A DNA stretch of 64,000 nucleotides, taken from Chrysomallon squamiferum (lineage: Eukaryota; Animalia; Mollusca). The translations under genes were made by a program, and so were the position numbers. The notes under the pieces are model-generated. The model saw only the letters and a list, made by a program, of their open reading frames with translations, searched no databases and was not told the DNA's origin. Location: contig CM022665.1 in the NCBI GenBank assembly GCA_012295275.1, positions 46,438,001 to 46,502,000 on the forward strand, in the 5' to 3' direction. The number at the start of each line of letters is the position of its first letter. The stretch's first letter is position 1. This document shows positions 40,524 to 54,860 of this stretch, piece after piece.

Positions 40524-40939
40524 GCTGCTGCTGCTGCTGCTGTTGTTGTTGTAGTTGTTGTTTCTGAAACACATATTGTTTGTTTATTTATTTATTACAT
40601 TTTTTTTATTTATATGTAATATAAAACGTATCTGTTTGTAATATAAAATGTGTGAAAAAATGTGCGTATAAATTCCTTCTACCAGCGGCTTGGATGACAT
40701 TTACACAATATTAACAAAATTATATCTGACAGATTAGTTTCATTACATGTAACACGAGTCATAAGGCAATGAGGCAACCGTTGAAATAAAGAATGAAATC
40801 TGAACAGTCCACCACGGTAACATTTACCATTACGAACACTTATACATTTAAAAACATGGCGATTGTTTCAGTGCTTTGCCTACCTAAAAATTATAAATGA
40901 ACTAAACAGGAGACATTTCAGAATTAAAAAAACTTATAT

Positions 40940-41012
40940 CACTGGTTCCCAAACTTGTAACTACCAAGGACCCCATTTATTCAAATCATTATTTTTCCCA
41001 CGTACCCCACGC
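40940..41012 (+). mobile_element. hAT-type terminus fragment
   Basis: CACTGGTTCCCAAACTT resembles CAGTGGTTCCCAAAC hAT termini, followed by gaccccat/gtacccc motifs; other end not found. Confidence 0.35.
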
Positions 41013-41809
41013 TTTCAAAATTCAACGATCTATTTTTCAGCACTGATGGTAATAAATAAAAATCATTGTCTGCATCAATAATGGCAGACAGGCACCTACT
41101 CTCAGAACGTGATGTCTGCATCAGTGCGGCAAGATGATACCTACATGTGAAATGTAGTTGAAACTGAAGTCAGTAGGTTCAAATCTTGATAGATGCTGAG
41201 CTAATTGAAAAGTATGTGACTGTTGTCTCGAAGCGGTTAAACCAGACGTCTGATATTAGCGTTTCAATGGTTAAGTTGGTTAGTTAATACGGTTAATATC
41301 ATGATGAATTTTACATCCAGACCTAAAAGTCTATATCGAAATTTCTGTCCATCTCACCTATCAAACAAAAGGCATTATCTTAAGATTTATTGTTGTGTTG
41401 TTGTTCTTTTTTTTATCTTTTCTTTTGTTAATGATTATTTTATTGACAGTCGATAAAATGATTAACGTGATTATTATTATTATTATTGTCTGTGTATCGG
41501 TCTGTCTGCCTGACCTCAAGTGCCACCAATATACGTAATTTACTCCATTAATAAATCTTAACGTCTTTAAGAGCGGCAGTCAGCAAAACAATGTGGCAGT
41601 TTTATCAGCTCGTTTCTCGTCAGCTTTGTTAAACTCGACTACGCACCAATTACTCAGTCTGCTCATGTCGATTAAGTCTCGAGAGTGCTGTTCTCGCGAG
41701 TGCCGCGTTTTCGCGTGACGCACACAAACTGTACGACAAAAACAAATTACCTACAGATTAAGACTTTTGTACGTAATTGGGGAAAAATGTCTGCACTTTC
41801 CATGTACAA

Positions 41810-42120
41810 ACATATAGATACGTGCATATTGTATACGTTTATGCATTCATGCATACATAATATACGCACGCACGCACGCATACATACATAGATGCATACA
41901 TACACAAAGCTATATACATATACGCACACATACATAGACATACATATTTACGTGCGTAAATACACTCATACGCATCAACACATACATATACATACATAGG
42001 AATATACACACATACATACATACATATACATACATACATTCATACATACCTGTACATACATATTATATAAATATATATACACACACACACATACAGACAC
42101 ACACACACACACACACACAA
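41810..42120. repeat. (CATA)/(CA)/(TA) degenerate microsatellite
   Basis: Direct inspection. Confidence 0.9.
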
Positions 42121-42154
42121 ATACAGTATATTAATAAAATACGTTATTACTTAC

Positions 42155-42527
42155 CCAGCACATTTTGTAGACTGTTACTATCCTTTTTTTTTTTTTTGCA
42201 CGATGACAGAAAATTATTTATAGTGTAGTCGAAAACCTCTTTTCAAACAACAATTTAAAGAAAATCACTCCTCTATTTAGAACACTCTCACAAAAAGTAC
42301 TCCTTATATATCCCACATAATGCACCACAACGAGGTCATCAACATAAGTTGCACTTTTTTTTTCTTTTCCTCTCTCTCCGCAGACACTTTTATTTATTTT
42401 ATCGTTGGAACACGAATCCTCTGATGGGTGCAGCAAAAAAAAAAATGGATTCAAAATTCCGGAGTGGAGGTCGTCAGTCAAATTGCCTGTTCTGTTTCAA
42501 ATCCTGAGAGAGAGAGAATTCCAGAAT
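42155..42527 (-). other. Candidate internal exon: 5' UTR with a uORF, plus possible translation start (Met-Cys-Trp, 42163-42155)
   Basis: Branch point CTAAT plus pyrimidine tract gtctctttgttctcttccacag|, donor TGG|gtaagt, start context acaaaATG; 13-aa uORF at 42345-42304. Confidence 0.45.
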
Positions 42528-42929
42528 CTGTGGAAGAGAACAAAGAGACATTAGTGAAAATCTCGGAGAAAAACGAGGCAGATATTTTCTTTAAAATGAG
42601 AAATGAGAGAAATGAGAGTCAAACAAAATCTTCACGCACACGCGATACCGATTTTACAGTGAAATGTCGGTTGTACTGGCCGCTGTGTGGTCAAATGACA
42701 CAACAACAACAGAAACAGAAACAAACAGAAAGCGTCAGTGTTAGTTAATTTTTGCTCAATACGAATGAAAGAAATCAGGCAGGGTCGGTCTTCTTCGTGA
42801 TCGACTTTAAATAATCAAAAGCAAAAATTGTTCGTGGTTTGTCGATGTGAATTAAAGTGACAGAGAACAGTCCTCGACGGTCGTTGCGTATTGAAGAAAC
42901 TGCGATAGTTCATGACGTTCTGTATTAAT

Positions 42930-43385
42930 CACTGAAACCAGGAATAGTCTATGATGGTCGTTATTCATTGAAGGAACCATGATCAATCCATAATAATGAA
43001 TGAAACCAGGAATAGTGATGGATATGATTTTAGAAAAAATCCCACAAAACAACAACAACAACAACAACAAAAACAACATGAATAGTCCTTAATAATCATT
43101 AATAATGAATGAAATCAAGAATAATGTATAGTGATCTGTATATGATTTTAAAAACAACAAAAACAACACCAACAGGAATAATCCTTGATAATCATTAAAT
43201 ACTAATGAAACCAGGAATAGTATACAGTGATCAATTTGCTTTTGAAAACCACGAACAGACCATGATCATCGTTAACAGTTCAGGACACCAGGAACGGTTC
43301 GTTAATTATCGATATAAATAAATGAAACCAGGAATGGTACAAGACGATCCACGCAAAACGAAGAACCAGGAACACCTCACAACGA
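42930..43385. repeat. Degenerate tandem repeat with tgaaaccaggaat core
   Basis: Core recurs at ~42933, 43001, 43110, 43206 and 43323. Confidence 0.7.
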
Positions 43386-43633
43386 CCAGGAGATTGACTG
43401 CATTTAAAAAAAAAAAAAAAAAAAAAAGCAAAAAATTGGGGATACTCAAATTTGAATAAAAGATACAAGTCTGATAAATGGTCCAGCATCACTCGTAAGT
43501 CTTAAGATAAAACATCCGTACATCTTTTAGTAGCAACAAAAGATACATTTGCTCGACGTTATCGCAGAAGAATAAAGAGAAAATGATTAACACGGTTCTA
43601 TCGGTAGCTTTCGGTTTCTCTCGATTTAGCTCT

Positions 43634-43665
43634 CCGCCATTTGCATATTCATGAGGGATTTTCCC
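43634..43665. promoter_or_regulatory. Composite YY1 / POU heptamer-octamer / NF-kB-like element
   Basis: CCGCCATTT overlaps ATTTGCATATTCATGAG (reverse complement CTCATGAATATGCAAAT, 43639-43655), which overlaps GGGATTTTCC (43655-43664). Confidence 0.55.
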
Positions 43666-44069
43666 CAACAAATAACTTTTCGATCTATCAGCTGCCACTT
43701 CGAATCACGGCGAAAACTTATTTGCACGTTAGCATAAATTTAAAGAGAATAAAAAGACAAATAACTTGTTAAAATGTAAATCTGGGACACGTTTCGCATC
43801 GTTTTTTTTTTTTTTTTTTTTGCCTATTTCCGATTACCTGTAATAGCCAATGTACAAGAGTAACATCTTCAGTCACGTGTTGGCTTTTTACTCTATGACA
43901 AATGACACCAGAAAAAAAAAAAAAAAAAACCCACTAAAAAACCCCACAAACACGTGATTTTACTATGCAAATAGTCACAGGTCAGGTTAGTTAATAAGGG
44001 AAAGAAAAACTCACACATATTAACATTATGCTACATTTATTATTAAAACCACAACTGATCTGTTACAAT

Positions 44070-44595
44070 CATCATTACTACAAGTATTATCACTACCATT
44101 ACTACTGCTACTATTAGAACTACTACTACTACTGCTACTACGACTACTACTGCTACAGCGACTACTACTATTATTTCTACTACTACTACGACAACGACCA
44201 CCATCATCATTACTATTATTACAATAATTATCTCTGCCATTTCTGTTATTATTACTATTACCACTACTATTGCTAACGCTTCCTACTATTATTACTACTG
44301 TTGTTACACGCATTACTACTATTACCACTAACTAATGCCACCACCATTACTAATAGCAATATTATTACTACTAGTACAACGACTGCTACTACAACTATTA
44401 TTTCTACCACTACAATTACTGCTACTACTATTGCAACTATTACTACAAATACTTCTGGTATTGTTACTATTAGTACTACTATAACAATTACTACTACAAC
44501 TATTACTACTAATACCAATACTGCTTCAACTAGTATTACTATTAATAGTAGTAGCAGTAGTAGTAGCAGGAGCACCAGTAGTGGTAGCAGTTGTA

Positions 44596-44630
<35 letters not shown>

Positions 44631-44660
44631 TAATAATAATAATAATCCAGTACTAACAAC
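44070..44660. repeat. Degenerate (ACT)/(ATT)/(AAT) trinucleotide tract
   Basis: Direct inspection. Confidence 0.9.
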
Positions 44661-45029
44661 CACTACACTATCGCAGTAGCAAAGACGTCTTCAGCATCTG
44701 CAACGACTACTACTTCTATTTTACTACGACAACTACGTCTGATAGTAATACTGATAACCATTACATTACCGCTGACGATAAACATCACAAGAGACGATAA
44801 ATAAATAAGTAAACAAACAGTCTTTTTTGTTTGTTTTTGTTTGTTTTTTCAGTTAATTAATTTATTAATTTATTTTTTGTTCTGATTTGTTTTTTGCTTT
44901 TGCTTTCAATGATTTATGGGAGGTTTTGTATTCTTTATCATCATCATCTTCTTCTTCTTATTATTATTATTCTTATTCTTATTCTTATTCCTATTATTAC
45001 TATTACTATTACTATTATTATTGTTATTA

Positions 45030-45061
<32 letters not shown>

Positions 45062-45505
45062 GTTATTATTATTATATTATTATTATTTAAATAATAATAA
45101 TATTTATTTTTTAACTAATTCAAGAATTTTAAGCTTATTTCTTCTTCTTTTTTTTTTTTTTTTTTTTTTGTTATCACCAGTGAAAATTGAATCTTAACTG
45201 AAAATAATTTTGAATAAAAAAAATCCCCAACAATAACGATCAGAGAGATACCATGGAGAAACAGAACTCTTCAGAATTTAGTTTCAACAACAGCAACATT
45301 CTGAAAAATTATCAGCGACCGCTGAAAATTCAATTTCGGGAAAACCCTAGAGTCGCCGTCGCCGTCATCGTAGTCGTGGTCGTAGTCGTTGCTGTTAAAG
45401 GCGCCTGCTCCATCTTTTGTCAACTGTGAAGTGTTTCGCCATTTCGCAACAGCGGAAAAACAGTCGAAGGAACCAATTTGCCTGAATCTCGTGAGATTTC
45501 CTGAT

Positions 45506-45538
<33 letters not shown>

Positions 45539-45776
45539 CTTTTTTACACTGCTGTTTTATTCCGACAAAGAAATAGGGGAGGGGTGTGTGGGGGGGAAGA
45601 ATATTTGTTTAATAGCATCACAACACGTCTGAGTATCACGTGTCAGGTATAATTACCGTGCTTGTTAATTTAATGAGTACGTTATAGGTTAATAAACACA
45701 GTTGCTTCGCGTGAATTAACGTTATCGATTCTAAGCAAGGGGATTTTTTTATAATTTTTTTTTTATTGTTGTTGCT

Positions 45777-45780
<4 letters not shown>

Positions 45781-45845
<65 letters not shown>
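45781..45845. repeat. (GA)n microsatellite
   Basis: Direct inspection. Confidence 0.95.
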
Positions 45846-45849
<4 letters not shown>

Positions 45850-45975
45850 TTTGATAACATATCTTGGGACCCTGTTTAGAACGGTAAAACAGTAAACCCA
45901 ACAACAAAAGGAAGAAGAAAATATTTTAAGAAGACAGATTAAATTTTTAAAACTCAATCTTTACTTCAGATTGAA

Positions 45976-46027
<52 letters not shown>

Positions 46028-46275
46028 TAATAAATAAATAATTAAATAAAAAATCACCTTGGAACGGTACATTATAAAACAACAACAACAATAAAAGGAA
46101 GAAGAAACATTTTTTAACAGAGACATGGGATTTTCATTATTTTGTTATTATTTGCTGTAGTAGGGAAAGAAAAATACACAACTTTTGATAACATCTTAGA
46201 GCGCTGTGTGGAACGGAAAAATAGAAAACGCAACAACAGCAAACGTAAGAAGAATTTATTTTAAACAGAGAGATT
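45846..46275. repeat. Three diverged copies of a ~90-bp block
   Basis: gaacgg.a.a...aaac.caacaaca..aa.g.aagaagaa...tttt at ~45878, 46062 and 46212. Confidence 0.6.
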
Positions 46276-47085
46276 AGAAAAGAAGAAAGAAAGAAAGAAA
46301 GAAATCACAGAAAAAAGCCCCCCCCCCCCAAAAAAAAAAAAAGAAAGAAAGAAAAAATTATATATATACAGATATACATAATACGATCATTTATTTATTT
46401 ATTTATTTATATATTTATTAAAATTATTTATTTATTTAATATCTATTTACTAATTTTTTTATTCACTTTCCTTCTTATTTTACTAACTTACGTAATTATT
46501 TTACTTTTTCAATAAAACATATAAGGTTGAAACATTTTAAACAGAGTAACAATAAAACGTCAGTACACTAGGAGTTTTTCTCTGTTGTGGTTATGAGAAT
46601 TTGCCATCCCGTTTGGCCCTAATGAGCTGTCAGAGTTCTTCACCTTGAACTTCTGGAACTTAAATCTTCTTCAGAAGATCTCGCGTTCAAAAGGGTGAGT
46701 CCTCTGAAGTCAACAAAAACTAATGACCGTACATCCGGGTCTTCAGATGGACATTTCCTGTAAACACGTGATCAGAAGTTTTATCGCGGGAGAGTGACCA
46801 TCTATTAGTAATGATGTATTGAAGTTCTGTCCTTCAGCTGGACTTCGCTGACCGTTCGCTCGGCTTTGTGGCTTTATGGGAGACCATAACTTTCAGTACG
46901 GCTAATCTCCCCTTGAAAGCTCGCTCATTAAAACTACAAAAATGACGTCATCCATTTGACGCAGACAAGAGAGATGCGACTGTTGTAAAGTGTATCTTTT
47001 TAGAACGAGTGGAAGTGTCAGTGTTTGTTGTATGTTTAATACAGTACCCAGTTTATTGCCCTGATAAATGAAGAAAAAAAACCCC

Positions 47086-47123
<38 letters not shown>

Positions 47124-47206
47124 TATGTTGTATATTATTAATTCGCGAAGGTTTTGTTTTTAACTTTTTATTTTGGAGAATGTTTGCCTCTTTATTCGAC
47201 TTTCAT

Positions 47207-47245
<39 letters not shown>

Positions 47246-47268
47246 TTATTTTTTTATATCTTTACTAC

Positions 47269-47320
<52 letters not shown>

Positions 47321-48696
47321 TTCTTTATCTTCGACAATTTCATATTGTTGCTAACCCTGGGATTCAAACAAGAGTGGAGGCCTAACAAACATACATACGT
47401 ATAAACAGAAACATATAAATAAAATCTGTAACAGTATTCATCTTAAAAAATAAAATTTAATCTTAAAAAAAACAGCGTCTTTTTGAGTTTTTAAATTTGA
47501 AAAAAAAAAAAAAAAAAAAAAAAAAATTCCATCTCGTTTCTAAAATTTGATTATTTTTTCTTTTTTATTTCAATTTATTATTATTTTTTAAGTTGTTCAT
47601 TTGACATTATGTGACAGAAAACTGATTAAATTAAGTTTTTTTCTCTTTTTTTTTTTTTTTTTTTACTGTACTTCACAGATCATTTTCAAAATGCATGTAC
47701 GTGTGTATATTTATCAACAATTTTGTGTATGAAGATCAGAATCCATAAGGATCGTTTGGAACACTATGAGGAAAGCTTTTCAATCATTTTAAAGCTGTTT
47801 TCTACTTACACAATATTATATAGTCATAACAAAGACTCAGTGATGTGTGTATAAAATGTGTGTATAAAACAAACACTTATCACTGGGTTTTTGTTTTATA
47901 CAAACATTTCTTTTAGACTGGTAAACTTCTATTATGTTAGACGCCACCTTCTGAAGCAAAAATTCCCGATTTGCATATGGTACGTGTATGCGTGCGTATA
48001 TATTTGAATGCGTATGTGCGGGTGAGTGGATTTTATTTTATATAATTAAAATGTTTATCCTTCTAAATGAAAGAACTCTCTTTTCCAGAGATCTTAGATC
48101 CCCCCCACGTGAAATTTTAATTACACGATGTAGTTTAAATACAATTTAATTATCTTGTATTACAATTATAGTTAGCTTCTTAGAACACAAGATATTTCTC
48201 AGTTTTGTGTCTAATTATTCAAGTATTCAACTAGAAAACAAGAATCACATTTGTAATTTTTGCGATGAGTCGAACTAAATTCTGAAAACTCGGAGAAACA
48301 AACTTTACTCATAGTCAGCGAAATTTAAAACCTTTCATCGCATAATATAAGAGCAAGTACGTTACTATTTTTATTTAATTTATGTAAATATTAGATCAGC
48401 CATTTTTACTCCCTTGCTAACAGTACGCCCCTTGGTGAGTATGAAATGACGTGGAATTGAACACTGAGTGGTAAAGAATATTTATGAGAGACAAGTTTTG
48501 TGAAAAAGTCTCATTAATGGTCATAAGTATTCGTTTAATAGCTCTTTTGCCAAATCATGAATTCTTTTGTCTTTTTCTTCTTTTTTTTTGATATAAATCT
48601 CTTTTTAAAATAATAAAGATCCGAACACATACAAGAAATAAACAAAAGCAACTGGAATTAATTTCTAAATATACATTTTTACCAAATAATCCTATA

Positions 48697-48960
48697 ATTT
48701 GCCTATAATTATAACTTTATATAGTTTTATTAAATAATAGTACAAATTGCCTGTAGATACAACTTTATATAGTTTTATTAAATAATAGTACAAATTGCCT
48801 GTAAATACAACTTTATATAGTTTTATTAAATAATAGTACAAATTGCCTGTAGATACAACTTTATATAGTTTTATTAAATAACAGAACAAATTGCCTGTAA
48901 ATACAACTTTATATAGTTTTATTAAATAACAGAACAAATTGCCTGTGATAATATAACAAC
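48697..48960. repeat. 48-bp minisatellite, ~5.5 copies
   Basis: aattgcctgta(g/a)atacaactttatatagttttattaaataa(ta/ca)g(t/a)aca; accounts for ORF 48692..49033. Confidence 0.95.
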
Positions 48961-50200
48961 TCTGTAACATAAAATAGGTCTCGAAGAAATAACGAGAATC
49001 GGCGAGAGTAAAACGCGATTTGTTTTGATTCATTTGTTACGACCTCTCTGTTTAAATAACACAAACTAATGCACAGATATTTGTACTGAAGCTCAGCACA
49101 ACAGAAAATGAAGTAAAAGAGATAAAACGATTTATGCACGCTTTGATTACAGCCCTGTGAGGTTACCGCTCGGCTTTTGATGTGGTGCGTCACTTCGATG
49201 GAGGAATAACAGTTATTTCGGTGTTAATTACTGGTCGCCCAAAGACTGCTCCGCCGTCTAGCAAATTTGCTAAGTAATCCTTGATCTTTCTCCGACTGAC
49301 ACACGGTCTACTGCACATAAAAAGCGACAGAATGAATACGTCAGCGTACACAGAACGCCTATTTATAGTGGTAATATTGACTCTTTATTTTAGACGATGC
49401 CTGATGAGGTTGTTTCTTTATTTTATTGTTATTTCGTTTTGTTCTACTCAGTTATTATTTCTCTCATTTAATCTTCATTATTATCTCTTTCTTTGTTTTT
49501 TCTGTTCATTATTCTTTCGTGATTTTTCAATTAGATTTTTTGTTTTTAAAATTTTAAAATGATTTTTTCGTTCTTTGTTCTTCTATTCATTATTCCCTTT
49601 ATTTTTTTTATTTTTTTTTTTCTGTTCATTAGTCTTTTGTTTCATTTCAATTATTTTTGTATTTTTTTATTTTTAAAATTATTCTTTTGTTTCATTTCAA
49701 TTATATTTTTATTTTTGAATTTTTAAAATTATTTTTTCGTTTTTCGTTTTTCCTTCTTTCTTTATAATTTAAATTTAGTGTTATTATATTCTATTTTTCT
49801 TTCTTTCCTTTTTAATGGTTTTTTTAAGTTGATTTTTATTTCTTTCATTTTTCTATTCATTTATTCTTTCGTTCTTACTTTCTTTAAATAATTCTTTTAT
49901 TCCTTTTTCTCGTTCCGAGATATTTCGGTTTTTATCTTTTCTTCTTTCATTCTATAACATTTCGCTTTTTTCTCATCTTTTCTTTTATCATTCGAAGACA
50001 TTTCGCGTTTTCTCTTCCTTTCTTTTCGTCTTTCTCTTTTTTCTTATCTTTTCTTCTTACTCTTTTTTTTCTAATCTACTATCATTCGTCTTCTTCTCCT
50101 TTCTTTCCTTGATCTTAATTTAATATTAATTAGAATTCTCATTAATTATCTCTACAAATGATGACAGAAACCGGCTGAATCTCTTTTTTTTCTTTTTACT

Positions 50201-50239
<39 letters not shown>

Positions 50240-50534
50240 ACCGGCAGCTATTTAATGACGTCACGCGTAAGTTTGGTGACGAAGCGGGTCTCACGACTGA
50301 CAGAAAAATGCGAGATTAAATCAGAGAGTTTAAGAAGAAGAAGAAGAAAAAAAGAACATACAATTTGAAGCTATCAGTCTTAAAAGAATAAAGCGACTGT
50401 CACTTTGTGAAATGAGGTGAGTTATGGGTTAGACGCTCACTGTGTAAAGTGAATTAAAAACAAAGTGTTGCTATCGACAAACCTGGTCAACTGGAAAACA
50501 TATCTCATTGTCTCTGTCTTTATATATATACTCG

Positions 50535-50626
50535 TTTTCTCTCTCTCTCTTTGACTCTTTTGCTCTCTGACTCTCTCTCTAACTCTCTGACTTTCTCTGA
50601 CTGTCTCTCTCTCTCTGACTCTCTTT

Positions 50627-50709
<83 letters not shown>

Positions 50710-50785
50710 CCCTCCCTTTCTCTCTCTCTCTCTCTGACTTTTCTCTCCGACTTTTCTCTCCCTCTCCCTACCTCTCTCCCTCTTT
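50535..50785. repeat. (CT)n microsatellite with ctctga variants
   Basis: Direct inspection. Confidence 0.9.
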
Positions 50786-51736
50786 GTAAAATTATATATG
50801 TATGAATGTACAGTATATACGTATGTATGTATGTAATGTATACATGTATGTACGTGTGTATGTATGTATGGTATATATATATATATATAGTCTTTCCTTC
50901 CCTTTTCTTACTTTTCTGATATAAATCTGTATAAAAAAAAAAAAAAAAACGTAGTTAAATCACATTTTCTTTCTTTTAATTTTTCTATCACTTTATCCAG
51001 CAGTTCTCTTGTTTCGCTCTCTCTGTGGGTATTTTTCCATTTTTATATCTCTCTCAGACTACTTTTTTATCAATTAATCAAACAATCCATCAGTCTTTCT
51101 GCCAATATGTCCGTCTATCTTAACTATCTATCCATTAGTCTGTCTATCTGTCAACATATCTATCTATCTATATCTATCTGTCTATCTATATATCTACCTA
51201 TCTGTGTAAGTATGTTTATATCTGCTTGACAGTCTGTCTGTCTGTCTGTATATCTCTCTCTCTCTTTCACTACATATTTTGTAGCAACTAGTTAGAATTA
51301 AAGAAATAAACATGTCGAAATACGTACCACGTTAGTGAAAAACCACACCATACACAGACACACACAGGTACACACACATTTATACGCACACACACACACA
51401 CGCTTACATTAATTACCACAAACAGAAAAAAAAAAAAAAAAAAAAAGAAGAAGAAGAAGAAAAAAAGAAGAAGATTAGAACGACAAGACATTTATTGTTT
51501 CATGTTATTTGCGCCTTGCCGCCCAATAAAACGCTAGACTTGGTATCAATGTGATATTCGTTTTAATAACTGTCGCCTTGTTTCATTTCTCATCTCACCG
51601 TGCGTATCAGAAAAGCCCGCAGCACAATTCCAGCTACGCCTTCTCGAAATTGACTTCTCCTTCGCAACGGCACGGTCCGAGTCCTTTGATGTTTCTCAAT
51701 TTTAACACTATTTGTAATTTTGTAATTTCTTTTTTC

Positions 51737-51779
<43 letters not shown>

Positions 51780-52239
51780 CCCCCTTCGTTCCCTTTGCGG
51801 ATGAAGTAAATATATTTCTACTCCACCAGCTTTATTAGAGATTAAAGTGTTTCAGTCAATATATTTGTTTTTTTGTGCTTTTTTTTTTGTTGCTGACGAT
51901 TATGAATATTTGTGTTTAATGAAAATAACGGTAGTAGAACGAAAGCTGAAGTTCTGGGTTTTTTTTTTAACCAGCGATATATAACTGGGAAGCGTTGATT
52001 AAATAAATCTCTCTGATTTGTTTAGTGATATCACTTGATTACTTTATTTTTTTTTTTTTTTTTCATCGTTTAGTTGATGTTCAGCATCTGTTAATAGACA
52101 CGATTAGAAATTATTAAACAACTATTCGATATAAAAAATGTTGACCCTGTCTTCATTTTGATTCTACATTCCTTCAGATACAAATCAAAGAACATAGTGT
52201 GGTCAGTGATAACCAGTCTTAGGATCTGAAAATATAAAC

Positions 52240-52315
52240 AGACCTCGAGGAGGACTGAACCTACAGTCCCGTCATTCGTAAATTGAGTTTTTTAATATTT
52301 TTACTGCACCCTGCT
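52240..52315 (-). mobile_element. Possible degenerate tRNA-derived SINE head
   Basis: Minus strand ggtgcagt (A-box-like) ... gtaggttcagtcc (B-box-like) with tRNA-like spacing. Confidence 0.25.
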
Positions 52316-52403
52316 TCTCGCAACAACTGAGATTAAAACCATTGTCTACAGAAACACGGTCATCACACTACATATTACAGTTTCAATAAGCAACTCAAGT
52401 TGG

Positions 52404-52489
52404 TGTCTTCTGTTACAAACACATATTACGAAGTGTTCGCCAGGATGATGTCTTCTGTTACAAACACATATTACAAAGTGTTCGCCAGG
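52404..52489. repeat. Two-copy ~45-bp tandem duplication
   Basis: tgtcttctgttacaaacacatattac(g/a)aagtgttcgccagg occurs twice. Confidence 0.9.
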
Positions 52490-52541
52490 TCCAGCATATA
52501 AATCAATTCTTCTCACGGAATATGGATATAAACAACCTTAC

Positions 52542-52712
52542 CCATCCCCCAGCAAACTGACGCTTGAAAGAAGCATTTCAAAAAAACAAATTGAAAATCA
52601 GCACAATTAATCAAAGAGCACCAAACAGGGTGGAGACAACCAGTACAGAATTTCTATTTCCGGTCAAAGATCTCGCTGCACTAGCCAAATTACAACGAGA
52701 ATACAGAGCACT
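52542..52712 (-). other. Candidate non-coding first exon
   Basis: Inr-like TCAGT at ~52712, donor GG|gtaagg at 52541, CpG-rich region with CCAAT boxes directly upstream. Confidence 0.28.
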
Positions 52713-52799
52713 GAACACATTGCGGTCGACGTTGAGCAGTTTTTATTTTATTTTATTTTATTTTTATTTGTGTGTTTTTTTCGGTAGTGTTTTTCTCTG

Positions 52800-53720
<921 letters not shown>

Positions 53721-53750
53721 TTTGATTTTCGTTATTTTTTTTATTTTTAT

Positions 53751-53786
<36 letters not shown>

Positions 53787-54780
53787 GAAACGACGACGAT
53801 GATGAAATTCAAAAAATCGTAAGAATCGTAAAATTCAGAAGAACCGTAAATCATGTTTGTAATTTTAAGATCTCAAAATGGAGGAGAAGAAGTGCGTCAT
53901 TAAAAAAAAGTTAAAATACCGTAAAACTCCGACACTGAAATCGATCGCGGGGACTAGATAAACAAATGTTTATAAGTAGTTAATGGCAGACGTAAATTAT
54001 GTTTAATTTAAATGTGACATAAATCTCAAGTGTATCGGAAAAAATGTCTCTTATTTTCAAACGGAATGATCTGCATTCCGATTCAAAACGAGAAAAACAC
54101 GACTCGAAACGATATTTGGCAATGCATCAAGACACGGAATGGGATTATTCTGAGGGGTTTTATGCAATGCTAAATATCGTTCGAATCGTGTGTTTGTTTT
54201 TTTTTTCTGCTTTTTTAACTAGTACACATTGAATATATTAACTACTTTTACTGACAAACCTATCATCTTGAGTTGTATGTCTCTACCATTGCCAGTGGAA
54301 AAAAAAAAAAAAAAATTATAAAAAAAAAAAATAAAATAAATAAATGAAAAAAAAAAAGAGGGGAAAATAAGAAAAAAAAAAGAAAATAGAATTCTTACTA
54401 TTTAAGCAACTGTTACAAAAAAAAAAAAAAAAAAAGCTGGTGTTTGATTATGGACTTGATATTTTGCTTGCATGTTTAAAATACATTATTATCTCCCTTT
54501 AAGTCTGGACTTGCAGATCAATAGCGGCGACTTTGCGCAGTAAAAATATGAACGTGAGTGACGGGGGAATTTGTCAGGGGAGTTTCAGTCTGACAGCGAC
54601 TGGGGCCCGTTTACGTTACGTCTGCTGCAGCGAATCACTTAAAATAATTAATTCACGAGTACCAGTGTGAACAAAATGGCGTCAGTGTATGGAAAAGAAT
54701 CGTTTTCGTTTCAACTTCAAAAATTAGGTGCATTCATGCTTGTACACAATCGTAGACACCCAAACAGAGAGAGCAGAGAG

Positions 54781-54784
<4 letters not shown>

Positions 54785-54857
<73 letters not shown>
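54785..54857. repeat. (GA)n microsatellite
   Basis: Direct inspection. Confidence 0.95.

Positions 54858-54860
<3 letters not shown>

Noticed and set aside
42428-42748. 106-aa plus ORF
   Set aside because: Purine-rich antisense reading of the minus-strand pyrimidine tract and acceptor region; no ATG start or domain
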